From Tubiluchus corallicola (lineage: Eukaryota > Animalia > Priapulida): a stretch of 64,000 nt of DNA. Each line of letters starts with the position of its first letter. Position 1 is the stretch's first letter. The notes beneath the pieces were generated by a model, which worked only from the letters and a program-made list of their open reading frames with translations, ran no database searches and was not told the origin of the DNA. The position numbers and the translations under genes are program-made. The DNA lies in assembly GCA_030141605.1 (NCBI GenBank), contig JAQGDQ010000239.1, forward strand, positions 124,001 to 188,000. The letters are read 5' to 3'. Positions 26,951 to 40,400 of the stretch are shown here, piece by piece.

Positions 26951-27783
26951 GCTGAAATAGAAATGCTTAGTCTTTTAAAGTTGTGTAACACAGTAACATT
27001 TGAGTATTAAATGTCTATAAAGCTTTAAGTATTTCAGATTAGTTGTCATATTGCCATCTCGGAGGACTTTACATTATTGTTAGCCTAAAATAAATTGTTT
27101 AATATTATATTACAGTTAATGTTACAAATTGTGTACTATGTGTTCCTGACTACATTGTTGAAATGTTCAATAAATTGTTTCTATTAACTTCTGTCACTGG
27201 CCACTGTCGCATCATTTATTGCAGATTTATTTTATTCTAAACCTACATTGGTAAATTTTTGAAACCTTTTCAATTTTAAACCTAATTTGAGAATTTCTTA
27301 CTCTTACTATTGCTACCCTACATTCTGTCTATTTTTGCTTTGCTAGCTGACTTTAGGTATACACGTACAGACATTTAGGGCTTTATTACTTTTACTGATC
27401 GAGCCCATGTGCAGTATATATATATATACATAACATTCTCTAGCGTCAAAAATATCATTCTCAATGTAAGGTCTGAACAGAAGTTACAGAGACTGAAATA
27501 TAAATTGTGACGGTCATAAATTGATGCAGCAAAAAATTACCGCATTCATACATGTTTATTTGAGGACTCTAAATCTGTCATGAAAAAAAACATGTAAAGT
27601 TTTATTTATGGAACCAAATTTTGCATTGAAAATACTGTTAGAATTCCAGAGCAAAACAGCCTATTCTATGATAGTGTGAATTACCACAAAGTTTATAAAA
27701 ATATGTATTTACAGTAGCCATGGCCTATCAACTTGGTAAAATCCATTTTGTTTACCGACAATTACAGCTTCCAACATGACATT

Positions 27784-30700
27784 ATGTCTGCTACATTTGG
27801 GCGAGGGTTTTTTATGGGAGGTGCATCCACTGCAATCCTATACTCACTCTACATACATTTTAAAACTCCAACATTAGAGGCCTTTACAAAAACTGCAAGT
27901 GAAATGTCAAATGACGAGACTGGACTCGATTTTGCTGATTTTCCGATTTTCAAAAAAAGTTCTGCACATGGAGGTAATTTTTTCTTTTTATATTATATAT
28001 CTGAATCAATAATGATCTGTGCGATAATAATTATTAGCGGTTCTCTTTATTATGTAAATAGAGTTTTATATTTATATACACGTATTTGCTTATTTATATA
28101 TTTATAATATTTGTGTAGATGCGGATATGGTTCGACAGAGAGGAGCTGAAATATTGAAATATGGCATTCCAGATAGAGGACCAATTGCCAACTTTTATGT
28201 GAATCACGCGCTTTCATATGATTGGAGTAAACGAACACCAGTGTGGGTTGCAGAACATTTGATGAACATTCACACACAAGGTAATTTTTACCAGAACTAT
28301 CAGTTAATTTGGAAAAATCTTTTTAAATTTTTGTTAATGTTATATATACTGGAAAGCGTAGTGATAAGTAAAATTTCCTCATTCATTTTTATGAGGTGTT
28401 ATCTTAGGTACCTTTGCTACGAAATGGATTTCATGTTGCAGGCTATATCATTAATTCTGATGGCTTTCATTGTATCAGTTGTACAGGGCAAAAGCACAGT
28501 AAATCAGTCGTGCTATTCCGCTTTTTACTCAAAAATGAAAAGCATGTTACCATACTTTGCTATACATCCAATCTTTTGCTATTAGACAGTGCTATAGTTG
28601 TCTAATTTCTGGAAATGATAGTTACAAATAATTTTTTAAGGACCACACAGAGATACATTACTAACCATTTACAATACATATTAACACGTATTAAATATAA
28701 TAAAAATGCTGAGATGATAATACTCATTATCTTTGGTCGCTTTTTGCAAGACTGCCAACGGGAGGGCTCTCTCTCAGTATCTGTAGCCTATCTACAGAAC
28801 AAAATATAAATCAAATGAATTAATTGTACACTGGAAATTTGATGAACTGGATATAATCAACTGAAGTGATATAATCCATTTATTACCTCAATTAATCATT
28901 ACTCAAGTGCTTTAAATATTAAGACATTTTGCGAAATCACGTGCTAAAATTACGTTTTGATGGTATTCGTAACAGCCAATTTTTTCTAAATAGGACATCT
29001 TGAGGGAAATGATGGTATTCGTAACAGCCAATTTTTTCTGAATAGGACATCTTGAGGGAAACCTTATCTTAACAGATACACTTTAGTGCATTTACTACAA
29101 TGTAAAGGTTTATGTGACACCTACACTAGGAAATTTGATGTTGCCAATCCCTAAAAAAGCTGGATTTTCATTTAATTTGTGACGTAAGAGACAGATATTT
29201 TGATCAATATAATATGAAACAATGAGGTCATTGCCAAAAAAGCTTGCAAGAAACATCAAAGTGGGCTTAGAAAATAAATAAATGTGCAAAAGTAGAAAAA
29301 CATATTATTTTGTGTGTACTTATGCATGTGACAAGTTAAGTTTGTTGCTGCCATAAGGGACAGAAAGGTAAGATTAGTTCAACATGCAGCCGGAAATACT
29401 TCTTGTCCTGCACCGTAGGGCTTAATATTATTTTCCTTTTAAACAACATTGAAACATACGTAATATTAAACCAAAATGAAGAAAAAACTAACTTCTATTT
29501 TTATAGTTTGCTGAGGATTCAATAAGATATCTTTTTTCTGAGTAAACATGGATATGATGTCGTCTGAATTGCAGATGCCTTAAAACATGTGCTCAACGTG
29601 GACAGGAGGCCTGGCACCTGGCCAGGTTGTACTTCCTGATTACTGCCACCTGTTGCAGACTACTGAACTAAATTTTAGCTGTCTGGTAGCCTATGGAAAA
29701 GGTCATGTCTTTAAAAGTTGACTTTGTTGCACATGAAATTCCAGAAATGCTATTTGTGGCACCCCAGATTGCTAGTCAAATTGATTTCTAGTATCATAAT
29801 CAGTGTTTTGAGCTTTAATGTAACCTGAACTCTACTATGCTACAAAAACATTGTAAGAAAATGCTGCAAATATTTACTTAAAGCATCGGAAATTTATTTT
29901 TTACCTCTTCAAAAAAATGATTTACTGTGCTTTCACCCTAAAGGAATAGTCGAGTTAACCTTTTGGAAGTCCCAAAATGTTTCTAGTAAAGTTGAATCTA
30001 AATTGACTATCATTTTTGGCTGTTACCAAATTCAGATGTATATATTATAACAAATGTTGCACAACAGCATGCTGAGTTGGATTTGTATTGTACAGGTATA
30101 GCAAATAGGAAGAATGCCCTCTTTAAACCAGATCCTTCTGTACCAGAGATTTTTTCTGCAAAGAATGGCGATTATAAAGGAAGTGGTTGGTCACGGGGAC
30201 ACATGGCTCCTGCAGGTGACAACAAACATGACCAAGTAAGTGGTAACTTGTACTTATTTATTACCTACATTTAAATGTGTTGATCTGTAGTCATTCATTG
30301 TATGTATTATTAATAGTGCAATAATTATTCAGAATTCTCTTCACTGTGGGATAGATCGTTATGTTACAGTTAACAATCATTAATTCTGAAAGCTTCAATA
30401 CAGACCCAAAAATGGTCAGGCATGCTACTTCTCATCTCAGAAGATTGTTCCTGAGAACAAGCTATGTTCTGATACTACAACAACCATCTACCTTAACTGG
30501 TGCCATTGTTGAGTGTTTGATTCTGGCTTGCAGATTTTAAATGCGTTAAAAATCCACGATAGCGCTAGAGTGTCTATAGAGTAATTTACTATAACAGGGA
30601 TGACATAATGCACCGTCTTAGCATGAGCTAGAAATAAAATATTGAAAGGGAACACACTATTTTTTCAAAAATGACTTACACGAAAGAATGATTACCACAC

Positions 30701-33700
30701 AAACATAATTTCGCATTCCCACCACTAGTTCTTCGCTGTTACATGCATTTTGCTATTCGCTAGTTAGACGGGCACTAGCGCCTGCATTGTGGAAATGCAT
30801 TAAACAAAAACAGGTGCTGAACCTCTTAGTTCAGATGTGTTAGTTTCTGACGAACTAGAAATGTTATACAGCTCATGTGTGAGCACAGTAGTAATTTTTA
30901 TCTTAAAACATTTTTAGTATTAGTACAACACACTGAATATCTTACAATGAACTGTACTTCAATTTTCGCTTCCGCAAACGTGCATCACGCTCGTAGAATA
31001 TTTTTGCTGTTGAAAATTATGTTAGTTGGTGATGTCATCAGTAGCGGGGCTCACCCGCCATTAAGTTTTTAATCTATTATTTAATTATCAGAAACGCTTT
31101 TGCAGTATTAATCGCGTTAAAATGTATACTTTTTATTCTACTGTGGGGTAGTATATGAAAAAGCATCCTGTTTTCCTTTAACTAATCACTGTTAATGTGG
31201 AGGAATGGAATGTTTTTATTTCACTATACATAGCAAATGGGTTAACTTTTAATTCTGAAGTATTTTCCATCATTTTGCTTGGCATTTATATTTGCATTAC
31301 AGTAATTCAATTAAATTTAAATTCAACAGGGTTGAGTGACATGCCAATGACTATATTTTGTTTAATATCTATTTATTTTATACTGATTTGCATGTAATAT
31401 AAAGTTGTTTTGCTGCTTAGGTATTTTTTCACTTTGGTAAATTTCAGTGCATCACATATGCCCTCCACTTTTAGTTTTCATATATGGAATTTGTCAGTTT
31501 GTTTTCGTGCATACGATCTGATGCAATGCACCATAACATTGAACAAGTGGAATATTGTCATAATTTGCGAAATAACTTTAGCACATCAGGTGCAATTTTT
31601 GGCATGGAACATTATAAATGGTTGAATAAAAAATTAGCTGTATTACATAATGTGTAGTTCTTAATGTAAACACGTTTTATTTTTTACACAAAGGAAGAAA
31701 TGAGAGTTTTTCGCTTATTGTCTGCATGATTGTCTACCATATTTTAATGATTTAGCCTTATCATTCACAATCTAGTTTATATTATATTGAGTTGAATTTG
31801 GCCTTTGCTGCCACCTGCAAGTTAGGGTCTTTTGAAAGTAATTGTGCAATATCTGTGATAGGTTAATAATTCCAAATGCTCTTTCTGCTAATTGTCTCCA
31901 TTATTAGGTAAAGGTTAATTTTAGAAAACAAAATAGATAATAAACTCACATTTATAGCTGTAGCGTAATATTTGGCTTTTTCTGCACATACTCAGTAGGC
32001 TGTAATGGTTAAACAGAGCTCTCTCTGTGACATTTCCACTGTATGTGAAATTGTGTATGAATATGTTGGATGTTAGTTGTGTCAATTACCAGCTGGCCCT
32101 CATTATTTCAGTATAAGGCTTCCTGAAACAGGAATAACTCGATTGCATTCCATTCATGCAGTTGTGGACTTGAGTCGGCAGTCGGGTACCAAAACATCAA
32201 CAAAAGATAGTTAAAAATGTCAAGGCTTAAAGCAAATCAGCATTAGAAAGCAGTGTGTGGTTTGGGCAGGACAAGATTGTTACTGCTGGACTGTGTTACA
32301 TGTTTTGAATCCAGGTTGTTTGCAAGTTGTTTCTTTTATCAAACTATTTTAGTAGGTTTGTTTGGGCTGCCTATATCACCTTGAAAAACAGAGACTTTTG
32401 TTTATCAACATCCAACTGTAATGTGGAGCTGTCGTATAATAGATATTGAGGAATTAATTCAAGTAAATGAAATGCTTCTTATGCTGTAAGCTAATGCACC
32501 TACAGTTGAAAATGGGCAGCTTTTAAGGTTGTGATGGTTTTAAGGTCAACACTCTGCCGCTTATCAAATGATTATTAATTAAATTCAAACTTTTTAGTTT
32601 TTTTATCATCTTTTGTTTCAGTTAGCTATGGATGAAACTTTTTACTTGAGTAATATTGTGCCACAAGACATTGATAACAACAGCGGATTTTGGAACAGGT
32701 TAGAAATATTTTGCCGTGATTTGACCAACAAATATAAAGATGTTCGAGTCATCAGTGGTCCACTGTGGTTAGCAAATTCTGATCATGAGCTTGAAAAGAA
32801 AATTGTGTGGTATGAGGTATGTGATGTTTTTAACTTGTTTTACTAATTTAGACGGAACAATAAACTAACTTATTATATTTGATGTGTGTGCATAGTTTTG
32901 CTTGTTTATGCACAAAGAAAATCTGAAAGCTAAACTGTTTTAGTGACAAATAAGTATATTTAAAACTAAACTTGCAGGTTGAATTTATATTAAAATTTTT
33001 TACCTGTTCAGGACCCGTTGCACCATTTGGAAGCTGGCAATACTTAAGGTTGGTTCACTAAATCTCATAAACAGGTTTTCAGAAAGACCTCCGTTAATAT
33101 ATTTTCTGAGTAGTGATCAAAACTTTTGCCCAGTTCAGATTTTGTTTGATAATCTTTACACTGTGCACCTTTTATTTATTGCATATTTGTACTTATAGCT
33201 TTTCCTAGTAATATTAGTATTATTCTGAATAATTATATTTTCATTCATGTATGTACTGTGTACTTTCATTGTTAAAATAGAACTTTATTTTACCACACAA
33301 ATTTTGTGTTGTCTCTGTATATTATAGGTAATTGGCAACAAAGAAATAGCGGTTCCTACACATTTGTATAAGTTGATTTTGGCCGAAGCCAGCAACGCTA
33401 AAACCAAAGCAGTTGGTGCTTTTATTGTTCCAAATGAACCTATTCCAACTGGCAGACAGCTAACTGACTATCAGGTCTCGCTGGAGTATTTAGAAAAGGT
33501 AGGTTGTATAAACTAAACTTAATCCTTATTATAAACTAATCAAATAATGTGAAGGTCAAATTGTTATGTTCTATATTTCCTTACCTTGTCATTTACTGTA
33601 GCAATAATTTTTGAAGTGAGCTAAGATCATGGAACTATGTATCTGTAGTGCTTGCATATCAACACTATTACAGGTGTACACTAAAAAGCAAGAATAAATT

Positions 33701-34752
33701 TATTAATCTTCCGAACACTGGCTTTTATGTGGCTTGTGTTTCTGTCAAAGGTTGTTGACTTTCAGGGATCTTTTAATAGTCGATTCTTGTTTATTTCCAA
33801 TTAAGACTTTATAAAATTTCATGCATTTTGAATCTTGTCAAAATGTGGTATTATACATTTGGCACCCCATTTTTGTATAAAAATGCAGATTAAAGTGTCA
33901 CCTGTTATCTGAAACCACTGTTGGTTTTTTATAATAGTCATCATGCTTTCAATCTACTGCATGACTTCAGTGCAGTATTTTGTTATTTTTTAAATTTGCA
34001 ATGACCATCAAATGGCCACTCATCATTTGACCTAGTTGTACACCTTTGGAACCTCAAACTTCATGTTTTATCTTTAGCACCTCATTTTTGCATATTGTGA
34101 CTATAAGTCTTCTTCATGACAAAAGGCACATCTGTTGTGATTGCATTTTTTAAATTTACATTGGCTGTCAAATGGTTTCTCGTTATTTGATTTCGTGTTT
34201 GTTTTGTGATTTTTGTAACATTTAATCACTCCAAGGGTTTTTTACTTACTAAGCGCAACTGCCAATAAATCATTGCCATAAAGCATCACACACCTTATTC
34301 TTCTCGCACTAAAATGCCATACTTTGCAATCATTCTTGCTTTTGTCGTGGTTTATCAGATTATTATTACAACAAACACTATTTTTACTTACAAATTATAG
34401 TGCCTGTTAAAAAGCATATCTGTAAGTGCATCCAGTGCTGAATTATCCAAATCTGTAATTACTAAATGCTAAATGAAAAACTATTGTCATGTAGGTGTCT
34501 GGAATTATTTTCCACCCACGCTTACCCAGGAAAGAGCTTGTGAATCTTTGTAAAGCTACTTCTTGCAAATTGAAAGAGGAGAGAGATCTCAAACGATTTT
34601 ATATCATGAATGACTTAGAATCTGCAAAATCTTTAAGCAGGCTTGAAGCAGTATGGAAAGAAGCAGAGAAATACAAGTTAAAGTCTGACAAAGGTTTAGC
34701 AAATGCTTATATGAAGAAAAAGCGGGCACTTCAGATAATGAAAGAGTTGTGA
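27784..34752 (+). CDS. EXOG: EXOG-like mitochondrial endo/exonuclease (EndoG family, beta-beta-alpha-Me fold), 6 exons, about 371 aa
   Basis: Exons 27784-27973, 28119-28280, 30096-30235, 32622-32816, 33328-33498, 34495-34752 join in phase (1116 nt). Motifs: ILKYGIP, YVNHALSYD...RTPVWVAEHL, catalytic WSRGHMAPAG (SRGH is the EXOG variant; EndoG has DRGH), ETFYLSNIVPQ..NNSGFWNRLE, VPTHLYK, and a C-terminal helical extension consistent with the EXOG Wing domain. The N-terminus has a hydrophobic leader. Confidence 0.92.
28958..29061 (+). repeat. 52-bp tandem duplication in EXOG intron 2
   Basis: TGATGGTATTCGTAACAGCCAATTTTTTCT(A/G)AATAGGACATCTTGAGGGAAA occurs twice. Confidence 0.9.
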
Positions 34753-37419
34753 TGTTTATGAAAATGTTGATTTATTTGTTTGTGGTTCAACCATTGGCTG
34801 ATTGTTGGTCTATGGATTTGATATCACTTAAGATAAGATAGGTAGATTTGATATGACATAACATTTGTATTTTGTAATTAGGTAAGTCTCAAATGCTATG
34901 TTCACTATTACGTATTACATTTTTTATTTGCATTGTTAGTGACTTAACAAAAAGTGTACTTTTGGCAAAGTCTATTTATAATCATTTAAAAGGAGATAAA
35001 TTGTACAAGTGACATAAGGCAAAGCAAAGTTAAAACTGTGTTTTACTACTAGAGGATGCGCTCATTATTTCTTTTATCATTTTCCATTTACAAAATGCCC
35101 AAGGCATTTGTTATATACTTTAGATTTTTGTATGTTGTTCCAACTTCATTCACTTTATGTTTGAAAGTTCTCTTTATTATAATTACTTAGCACAGTTTCG
35201 CTTTTTCATCAGCGTAAATAAATAACAAAAAATATGCATGTTATTATAAAAAATTATCATGCATTATACACGTATTAGTAACATCAATCAGTGAACTTTT
35301 ATTTAGCACATTCAAAACATTTGTTGGATATCTGGCGTGCACAGCAATTGCACGTCCTTGGGGAATCAGATATTTTTTGTATGCTATGTGTACTTGTTTC
35401 ATTTCCCAGTTTGTGCTGAGCTATCTGGCAATGTTATACATGTTATGTTCAAGTTTATTTAAAGAATAAGATTGAGGATATAATACTACTTTGCTAGGAA
35501 CTTCAGAAATATCTTAAAATTTTCACTTTTCAATATAAATGTACTAGCAAATAAATGAGAAACAACAATTATTTTTATATTAATATTTTAATTATCCAAC
35601 AAATGGGCAACAGGATACAATACAACACCTATATCATTTTACAATTTTCCCTTACTGTCATAAGATCTCTCAAAAATATTTACATTTCCAATTTAGTGTA
35701 GTAATAGTAAGTATTACTTAGGCCATTGTATTCACACGTTAGTATGACACGTTAGTAGTTTAACATAGCTTTCATTTGCACCCAGGCAATACAAGATCCT
35801 GTGTAAGTTACATGCTAATGTAATTTCTTCATTGAATAAATGAAACGTTTATTAATCACACCAAAAACATGTGTCCCAAACCACGGTGGGGATATGACTT
35901 AGGCACAGTACAAATAAAATGTTTATACATGTATACACAATCAAAAATACTGAAATGCATTAATATGTTTGGTTATCTTCACACTTTTCAATATATAGGT
36001 ATCTAGCTTAGCCGTACTTAATATGACTAAAAGAGCTGCATAAAATAAAACAACATTATCACACTTTCTAGCTACATAGAAAGCAGTCATGCTCTTTCTG
36101 GACGAAACGGTGCATAGAAAAAAGAATCGTCAAAGGTAATGTAACATATCTTTACATTGAAACATGGAGACAAATTTACAATCAGGTTTTTTCGAATTTT
36201 ACCTACTAGTGATTTTGAGATAAAATGTAAAAAATGTGCATGAAAAATCTAGCGTGCACAAAAATTTAGAGATGTCACTTACATAGTTAAATTAGAGCCA
36301 AGACTAAAATCTAAGTAATACAATCTGTATATAAGAAATCGGTAGACAAAAGGCCATAGTTATGTAGGTCAGGAAAACCTAGTTACTCCAGGCAAACAGT
36401 GAGCAAATTGTTCAGCTTACTAGGTTTACATATTATTATCAATCTATTATTGGCATGGGTACATTACCACATCAGGTTAAATACTGTATAATAGACAATT
36501 ATTAAAACATTGAGCACTAGCAGGTGCGCATGAAATTATTATAATTAATAGGCCATAACCCCAAGTAAATTCAAGAATCCCTGCACAATGAAGCATTCCA
36601 GCACCACAACTAATATGCACAGAGTGATAACCATATTTACAAAATTTTGACTCAGTTTCTTATACTCTATAGCTCTGTTGTATAATATAAACATATATAA
36701 TATAATATAATCTAGAACGTATGACTAAAATTATACAGTCAAACGCATAATTAGTTGCATATCGGACTGAAATGCAATAAGATTTTTGCATTAAAAATAA
36801 AACCTGCAAAAAGGTTATTACTTCTCAAATTCGATACATAGGCCATATCGACTTTATATTAAACGTTTATTACTTTGAATTTCAAACTCTAACATTTCCC
36901 CTCATATCAGATGCTTATTGGCTAAGTATTCAGTCAGAACTTGTATTCACAAACCTCATCAATCATTCTAAGAACCTTCAATAACTAGAGAAGAACAGAC
37001 GTTTAAGTTTATAACTTTAAAATGCTGATCAACTAGTTTTTTGCTAAAGCGTTTTACTTGTATCTCATCACATCATTTAATTCTAAGGTCCTTGTAGTTC
37101 TATATACATGAATAATAACAGCAACTATAACACCTAAGATGCTATTGACATTGTACCTTACCTATTTTATAATTATGTACAAATTATAACTGCCTTGGTG
37201 AAAGCCACCATTGACTTGATTATCTGTGTACACACTTTCATCCCATATTTTCGAAATTACAGATTTTAAGTCAGTGAAGTCGCTTTCTTGAATTATTTTA
37301 AAACAAATTTCTCATTTAGAAATACATATTACAGACAAACATGCAAGATAATTGAAACTTTGTGCAATGGTGATTTACATAAGCTATACCATTAAATATG
37401 CACAAGTGGCAACATCTGT

Positions 37420-40400
37420 TTAGTTAGCTGTTTGCTCCACCTTAATTGGTATTCCTTGTTGGGTAATTCCCAGTGAACTCTTTGTGCTCAAATTTAGAGG
37501 TTCACACTTTATATCAGACATAATGGGCTTTGGTGCTGGTAAAGCATTTGGTACGGTTATTGGATACTGAGCAACTGGTGGATACATATTTCGAACTGGA
37601 TACTGTGAACCACTGAGCAATGCCTGATTAATGTAATTATGATTTGAGACTCCTTGGCTGGACATGTGACTGTCTGACCACATACTAAGGTTAGATGGAA
37701 ATGGACATACAGGGACAGCAATTCTTGCTGGATGACTTTCTTTGGTGCCGGGAAAATATCTGGATGTTGGAGGCTCTTGCCTGCGGTATTGGTTGTGGAC
37801 GTTGTCCATAGGTGTGCGAAGTATAAGACCATCAGGAATATCTCCATCATCCATTTCAAGTTTTTTATTTAGCTGCGAAACGGGAGAGCCAACATCTGAC
37901 AACCTATGAGCCCGGAACTTCTTGTGCGGTTTGTACAACACAGAGTCAGAATGCACCGAATGTGTACTTTTAGGAGATTCCCTATCAGAATGATCGGAAT
38001 CAGTCTGTTTGTATTCTGCTCCATTGCTAATTGTTGATCCTGTTTCTACACCAGTTCTATCAGAGCTATCTAGTACATCATTTTCACTATTTTTTGGAGA
38101 GTGTTCAAGGCTTGAATGCCCATCAGATGTATCAGACAATACATCACCTTCACGCTTTACATGGTGAATTTCAAATTTTTTCAACGAGTCCAAAGACATT
38201 GGACTTACTTGTGAACCCTCACTGCTGTCCATATCCATAGATTGTGGACTCAATGATCCTTCTTTACTCAAGAATGGTTTAGGAATCTGTTCCCATGGTC
38301 TTTGGATGGCACGGGCACTTATTGGAGGATACAAGTACCTATTTTGTGGTGGGAGACCTAACTGAAATGATGACTGTAGGTGATAAGGTGGTACTGGATG
38401 GTTGACAGGTGGCCTGACCATCCCAGTCAATGCATTAAATAGTTTTTGTCCAGTAGGTATCACCGGTTCAGGTTTCTCCATTTCCCCTGTTGTACTCGAC
38501 ACTCCAGGTGTGCTTGGCTCCATTTTAAAAGCTAGTAACTTCTCACTGTGTAAGGAATTTAAGGTTTTCAGATCTGGAAGCTTCATAATAAGACGTGTAT
38601 AAAGTGATGGTCCCTCAGAGTGATTACTTCGAATTGTAGCATGCAACCCCTGAATGATTTTTTCTTGAAGCTTTTCCACGCAGTCTTTGTTACGAATACC
38701 AGGTCGGTCTGCAAAGAAATCAAATATGTTCCTTGAAAAATACAACCATTCTGATTTTCAAATTTAAGTGATTGAACAACATGTGTTAGTGAACAGCTGA
38801 AGAAGTCCTTTTTGCAAATCATTAATTACCTGGTGCAATTAGAACAACGGCACAGAATAGGCCAACTTCTGCATCAGTCAACTGTAACGAGTTGATTCTG
38901 TCCGCAAAGTCAAACATGGAATTGATAAGAAACCCAGCATTGCCTTTAACTTGACCCAGTTCCCGTTTATACATCTGACCATTAACAAACATCATTGTGT
39001 TTGTCTGGGAATCAAACATGCATGCCAGTCGTACAAGAAGAACCTCAAAGACTCCAGCCTGAAAATAATGAATTCACTTGTTAGCAAAAACTTCTGCTAT
39101 AGTCGTTAAAGGAAAACAGGATGATTTTTCAGATCATATCCCATTTTGAAAAACATGTATACATTTTTCATCTATAATAATTCAGAAATGTTTGTGATAA
39201 ACAAATATTAGCTTAGAAATTTAATTAACACGCATGTGGTAAGCACGCAATTTTAAAATCGCAGAAATATTCCATGAGCATGTGTTTGCAAAAGCGAAAA
39301 TTGAAATACAGTGTTACTGTACAGCAATGATTGTGAGTTACACCAAGTGGGGAGATTTCAAGTTAGAAATTTAAATTCCAAGGTTACATGGAATTTCATC
39401 ACAAATGTGTGATATGTCAGAACTGAACTGGCAAGTACAGCACCTGTTTTCTGTCCAACATGGTTCCGAGATGCAGGTGCTATATGCATTTAACTAGCAA
39501 ATGGCATAATGCATATACAGTCAAACCACTTTATAGCACCTACTTTGGGACAGCAAAAAAGTTGATGTTATAGCGAGTGTGGGGTTATAACGAGGTGCAG
39601 TAATGCTTATGCAAATATGAATAATCTGTTTTGCTAAAAATTTTGGTGTTAAGCATGGTTGGCATTATAAAGGAGAGCGTTATGAGGTTTGATTGTAACA
39701 ATGGAAAACTAAAGGCTCGAATGTGAAATTAAACTCTTTCGTGTAAACCATTCTTGAAGAAACAACAGTTTCCCTATAAATATTTTAAAAAAATATCGTT
39801 TTGAGCTATGGTTGGGTCCAGTTTTCCTTTAAATGTAAACGTACATTGAAGCATATTTTGAATTGACATTTTGGTAATACTTAAGCAGAATCACATTCCG
39901 TGCGACTTGTGTTTACAAGTGAGCGCTAGTTATCATCCGTTAAATGGTGCACAGTAATTACACACAGAGTCATCGTCTAAGAAAGTCATTAGCTTTCCTG
40001 CTCAGAATCTTCCAAACAAACTCTTCTTTCTATGTCACTAAAATATCTGCTTGCAACATGGTAAAAATAGCAAATATTTACTCAAAATGTCAATCATAAC
40101 TAAAATTTCAAGACTGAATGAGTAAAACTGGTACATGTAGATTAGTTCAATCAGCAAAACAAAACCCGATATTGATCTATCATTTATTCTTACCTTTAAT
40201 AATGTTACTTGATCATCTTGACAAAGTATGCCAAATCCAGGAATGCGTTTCGCAAATTCAACGACTCCTCGAATAGCAGGTGTAAATCGCTCTGAGAAAT
40301 CCTCCAACATTTCTGAATCTGCCTTAAAACCCTTTCCTGATGGGTTTGGGTTCAATGGACAGGCCTGTAATGATGATCATGGTGACAATAAAATTATGTA

